Below are positions 17,270 to 27,400 of a DNA stretch of 32,000 nucleotides, one piece after another; position 1 is the stretch's first letter, and each line of letters starts with the position of its first letter. Made by a program: the position numbers and the translations under genes. Source of the DNA: Alkanindiges sp. WGS2144 (GTDB taxonomy: Bacteria > Pseudomonadota > Gammaproteobacteria > Pseudomonadales > Moraxellaceae); NCBI RefSeq assembly GCF_043950625.1, contig NZ_CP171007.1. One strand, written 5' to 3'. The notes under the pieces are model-generated. The model was not told the origin of the DNA, ran no database searches, and saw only the letters and a list, made by a program, of their open reading frames with translations.

Positions 17270-18271
17270 TGTGAAAATTGAGACTTCTACTGACATTTTG
17301 GTAAATTTTACCTCATGTCACAGGAGTTTCGATTTTGAGTACAAAAGCCCAGCGGGAAATCGCCCATAAATTAAAAGTATTTGCTCATGCAGAGCACAGT
17401 GGGAATATTGCTTTCACCTGTCGTTATTTTGGTATTTCACGAGATACTTTCTATCGTTGGAAAAAGAATTACCAAACTAAAGGTGAATCTGGGCTAATCA
17501 ACAGCAAGCCCTGTCCAGAAAATCCCAAGTTACGCACGCCTCCTGCCATTGAAGAGAAGATTCTTCATTTACGTCAGCATTATCATTTTGGGCAGGTAAG
17601 GATCAGTTGGTACTTATGGCGCTATCATCAAATTAAAATCTCGGCAGCGGGTGTATATCACGTTTTAAAACGTAATGGTCTGAATCGGCTGCCCCAGAAT
17701 CAGCGAAAACGATCCATTCCTACTCCTCAGCGCTATGAGAAACAAGTACCAGGCCACCATGTTCAAGTTGATGTAAAGTTCTTATTTTTCAAAGATCAAG
17801 ATGGAAAGAGGATTAAAAGATATCAATACACTGCGATTGATGATGCAACCAGAGTCAGGGCACTAAAAATCTATGAAAAGCACAACCAGGCTAATGCGAT
17901 TGATTTTGTCAATTATGTTATTGAGAAGTTTCCTTTTCGGATTCATACCATCCAGACCGATAATGGGCATGAATTCCAATCGAAATTTCATTGGCATTTA
18001 AACGATTTAGCAATTCATCATAGGTACATAAAGCCTCGAACTCCCAAACATAATGGCAAGGTCGAGCGATCTCATAAGACCGACAAGATGGAGTTTTACC
18101 AGTTATTAAACTATACCGATGATGTCGACCTAAACGCTAAATTAGCGGAATGGGAGGCATTTTATAACTATGCCAGACCTCATGCTGCTATGGATGGAAA
18201 AACACCCTATGAGCGATTGAAAGAAAAACTATGCTAAAGTTATGATGTCAGCGGAAGTGCTAGTATTCACA
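17270..18271 (+). mobile_element. IS481-family insertion sequence (~1.0 kb)
   Basis: Terminal inverted repeats TGTGAAAATTGAGACTTCTACTGAC (17270-) and the reverse complement of the 18271 end, TGTGAATACTAGCACTTCCGCTGAC, match at 18/25. One transposase gene. The flanks (TTAAGA / CTTTAA) are not a duplication. Confidence 0.85.
17335..18237 (+). CDS. IS481-family DDE transposase
   Basis: 300-aa ORF with a TTG start and AGGAG upstream. An N-terminal HTH (ISRDTFYRWKKNY) is followed by an integrase-core DDE (VQVDVK, TDNGHEF, NGKVERSH). Confidence 0.9.
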   Translation: MSTKAQREIAHKLKVFAHAEHSGNIAFTCRYFGISRDTFYRWKKNYQTKGESGLINSKPCPENPKLRTPPAIEEKILHLRQHYHFGQVRISWYLWRYHQIKISAAGVYHVLKRNGLNRLPQNQRKRSIPTPQRYEKQVPGHHVQVDVKFLFFKDQDGKRIKRYQYTAIDDATRVRALKIYEKHNQANAIDFVNYVIEKFPFRIHTIQTDNGHEFQSKFHWHLNDLAIHHRYIKPRTPKHNGKVERSHKTDKMEFYQLLNYTDDVDLNAKLAEWEAFYNYARPHAAMDGKTPYERLKEKLC

Positions 18272-18280
18272 CTTTAAAGT

Positions 18281-18307
18281 AGGGAGTGTGAACTCCCTTA
18301 TTTTTTT
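18281..18307 (+). terminator. orphan intrinsic terminator immediately right of IS481
   Basis: AGGGAGT-GTGA-ACTCCCT followed by TA+T7. No gene remains upstream for it to terminate. Confidence 0.7.
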
Positions 18308-18368
18308 CTCTTCTCCAGATGTAGATTGCTTGCTATATTGAATTATCATCAAAAATTAATTTATAACA

Positions 18369-21206
18369 ATGTTCTACACTAACCACCAAATAAAATATTT
18401 TGCATGGGAAATTACAAAAAAACGCTCGGCATCAGACGTTGATCGTTTGTCGCAGTCGTTGTTTGATGCTCAGGTCGATGTAAATCCTCACCAAATTGAA
18501 GCTGCACTTTTTGCTTTAAATAATCCTTTAAGTAAAGGGGTCATTCTTGCTGATGAAGTGGGATTAGGGAAAACAATCGAGGCAGCTTTGGTGCTATGTC
18601 AGTATTGGGCTGAAAGACGTCGAAATTTATTAATTATTTGTCCTGCATCTTTACGAAAGCAATGGGCACAAGAACTACAGGATAAATTTAACTTGCCTAC
18701 ACAAGTTTTAGATTTGAAAACTTGGAATATGGCTCGCAAAGATGGCATTTATGATCCATTTAAAAATGGCAAGATTTCTATAATTTCATATCCTTTTGCA
18801 AATCGAATGGAATATGCCTTGGCACAAATTCCATGGGATTTAGTTGTCATTGATGAAGCACATAAATTACGGAATGCTCATCGCTCAAGTAACAAAATTG
18901 GGAATAGTCTTAAACGCTCATTGATAGGCAAGAAAAAGTTGTTATTAACAGCGACACCGTTACAGAACACTTTAATGGAGCTTTATGGTTTAAGTACGAT
19001 AATAGATGAGCACTTATTTGGGGATGAGAAAGCATTTCGTTCTAGATATGTGGTTGATGGTGATATTCAATCGTTAAAAAAAAGAATCCAACAATTTATG
19101 CAAAGGACTTTGCGTAAAGATGTTTTGGAATATGTTCCTTACACTGACCGCCATGCTTTAACCGTACCATTTACACCTACGGATGATGAGCAAAGTCTAT
19201 ACAACTCAATCAGTGAGTATTTGCAACGAGAAGTTAGTTATGCATTTCCACAACAACAAAAACATTTAATTTCAATTGTTTTAAGAAAACTTTTGGCATC
19301 CTCGACTCCTGCTGTAATTGCAACTTTAGAAGCTATTCAACAGCGACTGAAAAAATTGCTTGAACAGCAGAGTCTAGATGAAGATTGGCTCAGTAATTTT
19401 ATTGTTGATGAGGATATGGATGAAGAGCTACTGGATGATTTTGATGAGGAAGCAGGTCATGGACAAATAGATGTTAGTTTAATTAAATCTGAAATAGCTG
19501 AAATTGAACGTTATATACAGCAGGCTTATAAAATTAAAGATGATAGTAAGACTTTTGCTTTACTTTCCGCGATTGAGCAAGGCTTTGCTCGTATGTTTGA
19601 AATGGGGGCGAAACGAAAGGCTGTTATTTTTACTGAATCAAAGCGTACTCAGGAATACTTGATCGCATTCTTGGAAGCACGAGGATACAACGGAAAAGTA
19701 ATAGGATTTAATGGTAGTAATACATCTGCAACGAATACAGGTATTTATCAAAAGTGGTTGGGTAAATATTTAGGGACTCAACATGTTACAGGCTCACCAG
19801 CAATTGATCGACGCACGGCTTTAATCGATTTTTTTAAGAATGAGGCAGAAATACTCATTGCGACAGAAGCAGCAGCAGAAGGTGTGAATTTACAATTTTG
19901 CTCTTTGGTCATTAACTATGATTTACCATGGAATCCGCAACGTGTGGAACAACGAATAGGTCGTTGCCATCGTTATGGGCAGGAGTTTGATGTTGTTGTC
20001 GTTAATTTCTTAAATGAAAGGAATGAAGCCGATCAGCGAGTTTTAGAGTTACTTAAAGATAAATTTCAATTATTTGATGGTGTCTTTGGTGCCTCGAATG
20101 ACATTTTAGGGACAGTTGAAAGTGGTATAAATTTTGAAAAACGGATTTCTGAAATTTATGATCAGTGTCGTAGTCCAGAAGAAATAGAACAAAGCTTTAA
20201 GCAATTAAGAGATGAGCTAGAAGAGCAAATCAACGTTAAAATGAAAAGGACGCAAGAGCTGTTACTTGAGCATTTTGATGCAGATATTCATGACTTGCTA
20301 AAAGTACAAAAAGAACGAGCTGAACTACAGCTAGATAAAATTAGTCGTTTGTTTTGGCTATCTACAAAATATATTCTTGGTAAATTTGCTAACTTTCACG
20401 ACCAAGATTTAAGTTTTGACTTAACAAAATCTCCAATTTTGAATGCACCTTCAGGGAAATATCAGCTTATACGAAAAGGTGAGCGAATTCCTGAAAATAC
20501 TTTTATCTATCGTTTGACTCATCCGCTTGGTGAATTTGTTTTAGATAATGCCAAAGGCTTACAAACACCAAAACAATTCATTCAGTTTGATTATAGCCAG
20601 TATGGTCAAAAGGTAACGCTACTAGAAGAGTTAAAAGGGCAAAAGGGTTGGCTATCTATTACGGTCTTGAGTTTGGATTCTTTTCAAGAAGAAGAACATA
20701 TTGTGATCACAGCAATGACTGATGATGGTAGGGTTTTAGATGTAGATTTGTGTGAGCGTTTGCTTCAAGTCAATGCAACAGTATTGTCTGATGTGGTAGA
20801 CACGATTCCCGACCTATTTCAGGCAAATATTGATAAGCAATATCAAGTTGCTTTGAATCATGCTTTGGAATTGAATGATGAGTTTTTCAGAAAGGAACGC
20901 GATAAGTTAGAGCAGTGGGCTGAGGATAGTTTGCTTGCTGTGGAGAAAATGCTTGAAGATATAAAGTTGAAAATATCTAGTCTGAAACGAGAGTCTCGCA
21001 AAGCACCTGATATTGAAACTGAAAAACGACTACAGGAAGAAATACAAAAAGCTGAAAAAGAAAAACGACGCATGAGACAGCAGGTTTTTGATGTTGAAGA
21101 TGAAATCGCAGATAAGCGTGATGCAATGATTGATGCATTGGAGCAAAGACTACATCGCTCAAGTAAAGCCGAGAATTTATTTGCAGTGAGGTGGCAGTTG
21201 GTTTAA
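18369..21206 (+). CDS. SNF2-family helicase/translocase with unassigned ~350-aa C-terminal domain and coiled coil
   Basis: 945 aa. Motifs: I ADEVGLGKT (GLGKT = aa 65-69, nt 18561-18575), II VIDEAHKLRN (DEAH aa 162-165), III LLLTATPLQN, V ATEAAAEGVNLQ, VI WNPQRVEQRIGRCHRYGQ. The region from aa ~600 to 850 is unrecognised. Aa ~850-930 is heptad-rich and charged (…KLEQWAEDSLLAVEKMLEDIKLKISSLKRE…). Confidence 0.9.
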   Translation: MFYTNHQIKYFAWEITKKRSASDVDRLSQSLFDAQVDVNPHQIEAALFALNNPLSKGVILADEVGLGKTIEAALVLCQYWAERRRNLLIICPASLRKQWAQELQDKFNLPTQVLDLKTWNMARKDGIYDPFKNGKISIISYPFANRMEYALAQIPWDLVVIDEAHKLRNAHRSSNKIGNSLKRSLIGKKKLLLTATPLQNTLMELYGLSTIIDEHLFGDEKAFRSRYVVDGDIQSLKKRIQQFMQRTLRKDVLEYVPYTDRHALTVPFTPTDDEQSLYNSISEYLQREVSYAFPQQQKHLISIVLRKLLASSTPAVIATLEAIQQRLKKLLEQQSLDEDWLSNFIVDEDMDEELLDDFDEEAGHGQIDVSLIKSEIAEIERYIQQAYKIKDDSKTFALLSAIEQGFARMFEMGAKRKAVIFTESKRTQEYLIAFLEARGYNGKVIGFNGSNTSATNTGIYQKWLGKYLGTQHVTGSPAIDRRTALIDFFKNEAEILIATEAAAEGVNLQFCSLVINYDLPWNPQRVEQRIGRCHRYGQEFDVVVVNFLNERNEADQRVLELLKDKFQLFDGVFGASNDILGTVESGINFEKRISEIYDQCRSPEEIEQSFKQLRDELEEQINVKMKRTQELLLEHFDADIHDLLKVQKERAELQLDKISRLFWLSTKYILGKFANFHDQDLSFDLTKSPILNAPSGKYQLIRKGERIPENTFIYRLTHPLGEFVLDNAKGLQTPKQFIQFDYSQYGQKVTLLEELKGQKGWLSITVLSLDSFQEEEHIVITAMTDDGRVLDVDLCERLLQVNATVLSDVVDTIPDLFQANIDKQYQVALNHALELNDEFFRKERDKLEQWAEDSLLAVEKMLEDIKLKISSLKRESRKAPDIETEKRLQEEIQKAEKEKRRMRQQVFDVEDEIADKRDAMIDALEQRLHRSSKAENLFAVRWQLV

Positions 21207-21348
21207 TACCAATTGCTATTTTTTTCTACAAATTTTTTTTATATTCAAAGTTATTTCTAGTATCCTTATCAGTTAATTTTGCCTAAGCAATTTTATTCGC
21301 TTCACCAGAACCTATTTATCATAAGGTTTTGAAAAATAGGAAATATTC

Positions 21349-24300
21349 ATGAGTACTCAGTTTTCTGCACTTGTTTCTAAACTCAAAGAGATTTTTCAAA
21401 TCAATCGTCCTGATTTAGATTTTGGAGTTTATCGCATTTTAAATGCACGTAGTGCCGAAATTGCTGAGTTTTTGGATAAGCGTTTAAAAACCAAAGTAGA
21501 GCAATATCTTGGCGAAGCAAAGTCGAGTCTTGATGAAAATGTTTTAAAAGAATTAGAAGCTGAGCTGAAAGCAGAATTTGGTAAACGTGCTTTTAATGAG
21601 CAAGGTGAGCTTATAGATGCTGAAGCAATAGAAAGTGCATTAGGTCAAAAATACATTGCTTTAACCCAAGCTGATGCACATGAAATGACAGATCAGTCAC
21701 AAGTGTATAGTCATTTGCTCACGTTCTTTAGTCGTTATTACGATGATGGTGACTTTATTAGCCAACGTCGTTATAAGGGTGATACCTATGCTATCCCTTA
21801 CTCTGGTGAGGAAGTGATGTTGCACTGGGCAAACAAAGACCAGTACTACACCAAGTCTGGTGAGATGTTTAGCAACTATCGTTTTAAGTTGAACGATGAG
21901 CGTTCAGTTTTATTCCGTTTGGTGAGTGCAGATACAGCGCGTGAAAACCGTAAAGATAATGATAAAGACCGTCGCTTTATTATTGTGACAGAACCAAAGA
22001 CCTTTACTCGTATAGATGAAGACGGTGAAGAGTTTGAAGAAACGATTGTTCCATTCTCTATTCAAAATAATGAACTGACCATTCTTTTTGAATATGCAAC
22101 TTTGCCTAAAGGCTCAAAGCAAGAAACATTAAATATTGAATCGTATAACAAAATTGTTAATGCAGAAGTTTTAACTACTGACTGGCTAAATGATTTAGCT
22201 CAACCTGCACCGACTGAAAAAGAACCAAAGCGTACAGTGTTGCACAAGCACTTGAGTACCTATACGCAAAAAAATACAGCAGATTATTTTATTCATAAAG
22301 ACTTAGGTAAATTCTTACGTCATGAACTTGATTTTTATATTAAAAATGAAGTGATGCATTTAGATGATGTAGTGAGTACCGATCAATTTATTCAAATTGA
22401 ACGTCAACTTAGTATTATCAAGTGTTTACGTCAGATTGGTTTAGAAATTATTAGTTTCTTGGCTTCGCTTGAAGATTTTCAGAAAAAGTTGTGGCTAAAG
22501 AAAAAGTTTGTCGTCAGTGCTGAATACTGCATTACTTTAGACCGAGTGGACGAGTCTTTATATACTGAAATTGCAGGCAATACATCACAGTGGCAACAAT
22601 GGGAGGATTTAGGCTTTAAAGGAACAGATGCAGGTTGGGGAACGGTTGATTATTTAAAACAGCACCAAGCCTTGATGGTGGATACTTCATTATTTAGCTT
22701 AGAGTTTAAAGCAAAGCTTTTAAAACGAATAGATGATTTAGATGCTCAAACTGATGGTTTGATTATTAATAGTGATAATTTTCAGGCACTAAGTTTACTC
22801 GGTGAAAAGTATAAACAATTAGTTGGTTGTATATATATCGATCCTCCTTACAATGCAAAGTCATCTGAAATCTTGTATAAGAATACATTTAAGCATTCAG
22901 CATTTTTAACTTTTATATCAAATCGTTTAGAGGTTTCTAAACCATTTTTACAATCTGGTGGTTTACTAAATATAGCAATAGATGATTATGAGCAAAAAGG
23001 AGTTATAACGGTATGTGATGAAATATATGGAAGTAATAATTTCATAGCGAATGTTGTTGTCCAACATAATCCTCGTGGAAGAAATGATGACAAGTTTTAT
23101 GGAACTTCTCATGAATATATGATTGTTTATACCAATAATATTGAAAATGCTAATTTAGGAAATTTTACATTAAGTGATGAAGATAAGAGTATTTATCGAT
23201 TAAGCGATACTATTTCTAAGTATCAAGAAGTTTCTTTTATGAGAACAGGTAACAATTCAGATAGAGTAACTAGACCTAATCTGTTTTACCCAATCTATTT
23301 AAATAAAAAGACTAATCTGTTAAGTCTTGATAAATCTGATGATTCGATAGAGATTTTACCAATAAATTCATCTAAAGAAGAAAAAACATGGCGTTGGGAG
23401 AGAAAAACATTCTTAGAAAGAAAAGATACGGAGGTTTCATTTAAAATTTCTGAAGATGGTGTTCGGCTTTATAAAAAAAGAAGATTACTTGATGTTGGTA
23501 AAAAACCAAAAACCATTTGGTTTGATTCAAAATATGATGCTTCAAGCAGTGGAATTATGTTCCTAAGGAACTTTTTTTCTAAGGATAATCACGAGTTTTC
23601 ATACCCTAAATCAATTTATACCGTTAAAGATGCAGTATATATTTCATCATCAAAAAATGGTGTTGTTTTAGATTATTTCGCAGGTTCAGGTACAACTGCT
23701 CATGCAACGATTGCTTTAAATCGTGAAGATAATGGAAATCGAAAATATATCCTTGTTGAGCAAGGCGAGTATTTTGATACAGTCATTAAGCCACGTATCC
23801 AAAAAGTCGTGTATTCAGCAGACTGGAAAGAGGGTAAACCAACCAATCCTGAGTCTGGTATTAGCCATTGCTTAAAAGTTGTGAAACTTGAAAGTTATGA
23901 AGATACGCTAAATAACTTAGAATTGGTGCGTAAAGGTGCTCAACAGACACTTTTAGCCGAGCAACAAGCTTCAACCAAGCCTGAAGATCAAAACGCTTAT
24001 AGCGATTATCTCATGCACTATATGCTTGAGTTAGAAAGCAAAGATTCATTACTGAATGTGAAAGACTTCTTAAAGCCATTTAGCTATCAAATGAATATTA
24101 CAACCGATAGCGCAGGTGCGTTTGAACGTAAAAATATTGACTTGGTTGAAACCTTTAACTATCTCATTGGACTAAATGTTCAAGAAGCAGATTATCAGTT
24201 AGACAAAGGCTATGTGCAAATCACAGGTAAACTACGTACAGGTGAATACACGACAGTTTTGTGGCGTGACTGTGAAAAGATTGGCTATGCAGAACTAGAT

Positions 24301-24471
24301 CAATTACTAGCAAAACTTAAAATTAATCCAAACGATGGCGAATACCAATTGATTTATATCAATGGTGATCATAATGTCGCGAGTAAGTACATCAACAAAG
24401 AGGGCGAAGAGAAACAGCTTAAAGTCCGTTCGATTGAACAAACCTTCTTAAAAAATATGTTTGAGGAGTAA
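21349..24471 (+). CDS. Mod-like beta-class N6-adenine/N4-cytosine DNA methyltransferase with ~480-aa N-terminal and ~230-aa C-terminal extensions
   Basis: 1040 aa with AGGAAA 8 nt upstream. Motif IV IYIDPPYN (DPPY aa 498-501, nt 22840-22851) precedes motif I VLDYFAGSGTTAHA (aa 774-787). A variable segment lies between them. This matches the Type III Mod layout (SDNFQALSLL, HSAFLTFISNRL, NIAIDD, NREDNGNRKYILVEQ). Confidence 0.9.
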   Translation: MSTQFSALVSKLKEIFQINRPDLDFGVYRILNARSAEIAEFLDKRLKTKVEQYLGEAKSSLDENVLKELEAELKAEFGKRAFNEQGELIDAEAIESALGQKYIALTQADAHEMTDQSQVYSHLLTFFSRYYDDGDFISQRRYKGDTYAIPYSGEEVMLHWANKDQYYTKSGEMFSNYRFKLNDERSVLFRLVSADTARENRKDNDKDRRFIIVTEPKTFTRIDEDGEEFEETIVPFSIQNNELTILFEYATLPKGSKQETLNIESYNKIVNAEVLTTDWLNDLAQPAPTEKEPKRTVLHKHLSTYTQKNTADYFIHKDLGKFLRHELDFYIKNEVMHLDDVVSTDQFIQIERQLSIIKCLRQIGLEIISFLASLEDFQKKLWLKKKFVVSAEYCITLDRVDESLYTEIAGNTSQWQQWEDLGFKGTDAGWGTVDYLKQHQALMVDTSLFSLEFKAKLLKRIDDLDAQTDGLIINSDNFQALSLLGEKYKQLVGCIYIDPPYNAKSSEILYKNTFKHSAFLTFISNRLEVSKPFLQSGGLLNIAIDDYEQKGVITVCDEIYGSNNFIANVVVQHNPRGRNDDKFYGTSHEYMIVYTNNIENANLGNFTLSDEDKSIYRLSDTISKYQEVSFMRTGNNSDRVTRPNLFYPIYLNKKTNLLSLDKSDDSIEILPINSSKEEKTWRWERKTFLERKDTEVSFKISEDGVRLYKKRRLLDVGKKPKTIWFDSKYDASSSGIMFLRNFFSKDNHEFSYPKSIYTVKDAVYISSSKNGVVLDYFAGSGTTAHATIALNREDNGNRKYILVEQGEYFDTVIKPRIQKVVYSADWKEGKPTNPESGISHCLKVVKLESYEDTLNNLELVRKGAQQTLLAEQQASTKPEDQNAYSDYLMHYMLELESKDSLLNVKDFLKPFSYQMNITTDSAGAFERKNIDLVETFNYLIGLNVQEADYQLDKGYVQITGKLRTGEYTTVLWRDCEKIGYAELDQLLAKLKINPNDGEYQLIYINGDHNVASKYINKEGEEKQLKVRSIEQTFLKNMFEE

Positions 24472-24477
24472 TGCACT

Positions 24478-27400
24478 GTGGCAAAAGCTCCTAAAGCAAA
24501 AACTAAAGCGGTTAAAGTCAATTTCCACGAGCAATTGATTTTAAATAAATGGTTGTGGTCGAAGTTTAATCCGAATCGTTTGGAAGGCATGAAACAACAG
24601 CTTGATTATCCTCAGTTTGAGGGAATCGAGTATGAAGGTGATAATGCAGGACAAACGAAATTCTTTAGTGTGATCAGTAATACTTTGTTTAACAAACAGG
24701 TTGTAGATATCGATGTTCTACGTCGCTATGACTTAAACATTGTGAAGCACTGGCAAAAAATTACGGAAAAACGTAATGAAATAGAAGGTCATATTTTAAA
24801 TCTAAAATATTTCCAATACCTTTCATTGCTTTTCACAGAACTGTATTTAGATCAATATTTTAATCATCAAGCGGATATGCTCAATGAGCTGAATGTTGAA
24901 CTTGAACAATATAATGATGATCAGAAAATTGATGCAGACCAATTTCAGCAATATTTGCCTGAAGACCTAAATAAAATCGGCTATTGGAATGCAACGGGCA
25001 GTGGTAAAACATTGCTTATGCATGTCAATATTTTGCAGTATTTAGACTATTTCCAAAAGCAAAATGGAGACAGCACTTACCCAGACCAAATCATTTTACT
25101 TACCCCAAATGAAGGCTTGAGTGAACAGCATTTACAAGAGCTGACAGACTCTGGTTTTCAAGCGACTTTGTTTGATAAGCAAAAAAGCCGTAATAACCTT
25201 TATCGAGATGAAATTCAAATCATCGATATGAACAAGCTGAGTGATACGGATGGTGATAAAACTGTTGCGACGATGAGCTTGGAAGGTAGAAACCTTGTTC
25301 TGATCGACGAAGGGCACCGTGGTACGAGTAGTAGCGCAGGTGCCTGGATGGAGCGTCGTGATATTCTTACTAAAGATGGATTTAGCTTTGAATATTCGGC
25401 AACCTTTGGTCAAGCTGTGAGTAAAGCAGACAACGTCTATAAACGCTTTGAAGATGCAAAAAAACAAAAAGCCAAAATGCTGTATGGTATGGCGATTAAT
25501 AAGTTAACCGAAGAACAGAAAAAAAATATTCAGCTTGATGAATTAGAACAGCAAAAATACCGTAGGGAAGCGCTTCGAGAAGTATATGCTAAAAGTATTT
25601 TGTTCGATTACTCGTACAAATACTTCTATGCAGATGGCTATGGTAAAGAAGTCAATATTCTGAATATGAAAGAATATCATGAAGATGATGAGCGCAATCT
25701 ATATCTTACAGCTTGCCTACTTTCATTTTACCAACAACAGTATTTGTTTAAAAAGAATCAGGCAAAACTTGCCAAGTTTAATATTGAAAAACCACTGTGG
25801 GTATTTGTCGGAAATAAAGTCAATGATGATGACTCTGATATTTTAGCCATTGTGAAATTCTTAGCTGACTTTTTAGATGCCTCTCGTAAGAGCAAGGTGA
25901 TTGGTTGGCTGCATGACTTAATTACTAATACATCTCGTTTGGTTGATCCTAAAGGAAACAATATTTTTGCCAATCGATTTGCACCTTTACATGGTCAAAA
26001 TGCAACTGATCTTTACCAAGATATTTTAAAAAGCTTTTTTAACGCTACAACCAATCAACGTTTGAATGTAGTACGTATCACGGCGAATAAAGGTGAGTTG
26101 CGTTTACAGGTCGGAGAAAATACTCCTTTTGCAGTGATTAATGTCGGTGATGAAAAAGGCCTATACGATAATTGTGAGAACTCAAGTCAAACGCATTACA
26201 TCAATGCTCGTACCGATGATTTTGCAGAGTCATTATTTCCTACATTAAATAATGATGATAGTGAAACACATCTTCTAATCGGTTCACGTAAATTTACCGA
26301 AGGTTGGAGTAGCTGGCGTGTCTCGACCATGGGCTTGTTGAACATGGGTTCAGGTGAAGGTGCTCAGATTATTCAGCTCTTTGGTCGTGGCGTACGTTTA
26401 AAAGGTGAGAACTTCTCTTTAAAACGAACACCAAGAGAAATTTATAGTAAGGCTGAATATAAAGGTCTGCATTTAGATTTGATGCAAACTATTAATATTT
26501 TTGGTTTACGTGCTGACTACATGGAAAAATTCCGCGATTATCTAAATGATGAAGGCATTATCCTGAATCAGGATTTAGTCACATTGGATTTTCCAACCAA
26601 TAAAATTCAAGCGCCTCGCTTAAAAACACTCACATTAAAAGATGGCTACAAAGATAATCAAGCGAATGGTTTTAAGGCTCAGTTAAAGCTTTCGATGTTT
26701 AAGATTCCAAAACAATACGAAGGTAAAATCAAAAAACCTTTTGTTGTTTTGGATTTGTATCCTCGCTTGCAAGCCTTTCATACCGATAAGTCAAAGCGTC
26801 AAATTGATGTTAAAGACAAGCGTCAAGAGCATGAGATTCCACCAAAAATCATGTGTATGTTTGATTTTGATGAAATTTACTTGCAACTTCAGCAATATAA
26901 GTTCCAACGAGGATATAGCAACTTACAGTTGAACGTTGATGATTTACAGGAGTTTTGCTTAAGAGATATTAAGACCTCTACAGAAGACTGGTACAAGCTT
27001 TTAGTTGACTCATCTGAATTAACCAATGACGTGAGTGGAATTAAGAAACAGCAAGCGATATTAACTGAGTTGTTACAGTCCTATATGGATAAGTTCTATC
27101 ATGCGATTAAGAATGCCTATGAAGGGCAGTTTTATGAAGTGACAGAATTTAGCTTGGATGATAAAGATTTACCTGTGCAAATTTGTGAGCAATATACCCT
27201 TACTGCTAAAGACGGTCAAAATAACGAGGCACAAGAAGTATTTGACCGATTAGAAAAGTTGAAAGACTTGGTTGCCAAAGGTGATGTTGAAAAACTGGTA
27301 CCTTGGAAAGAAGATGGTAGCTTTAGGGCGATTACGTTTGATCGTCATTTGTTCTATCCGTTGTTGGATAAGAAGGATGAAAGCTTACCATTTACATGGT

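Noticed and set aside
24369-24590. 73-aa minus-strand ORF spanning the mod/res junction
   Set aside because: It is antisense to two tightly coupled, motif-supported genes and has no independent signals.
23473-25526. Homopolymer tracts as phase-variation switches (A7 at 23473-23479 in mod, A8 at 25519-25526 in res)
   Set aside because: The tracts are short, and such runs are common in AT-rich Lys-rich coding sequence. No tetra- or pentanucleotide repeat array of the kind used by phase-variable Type III mod genes is present.
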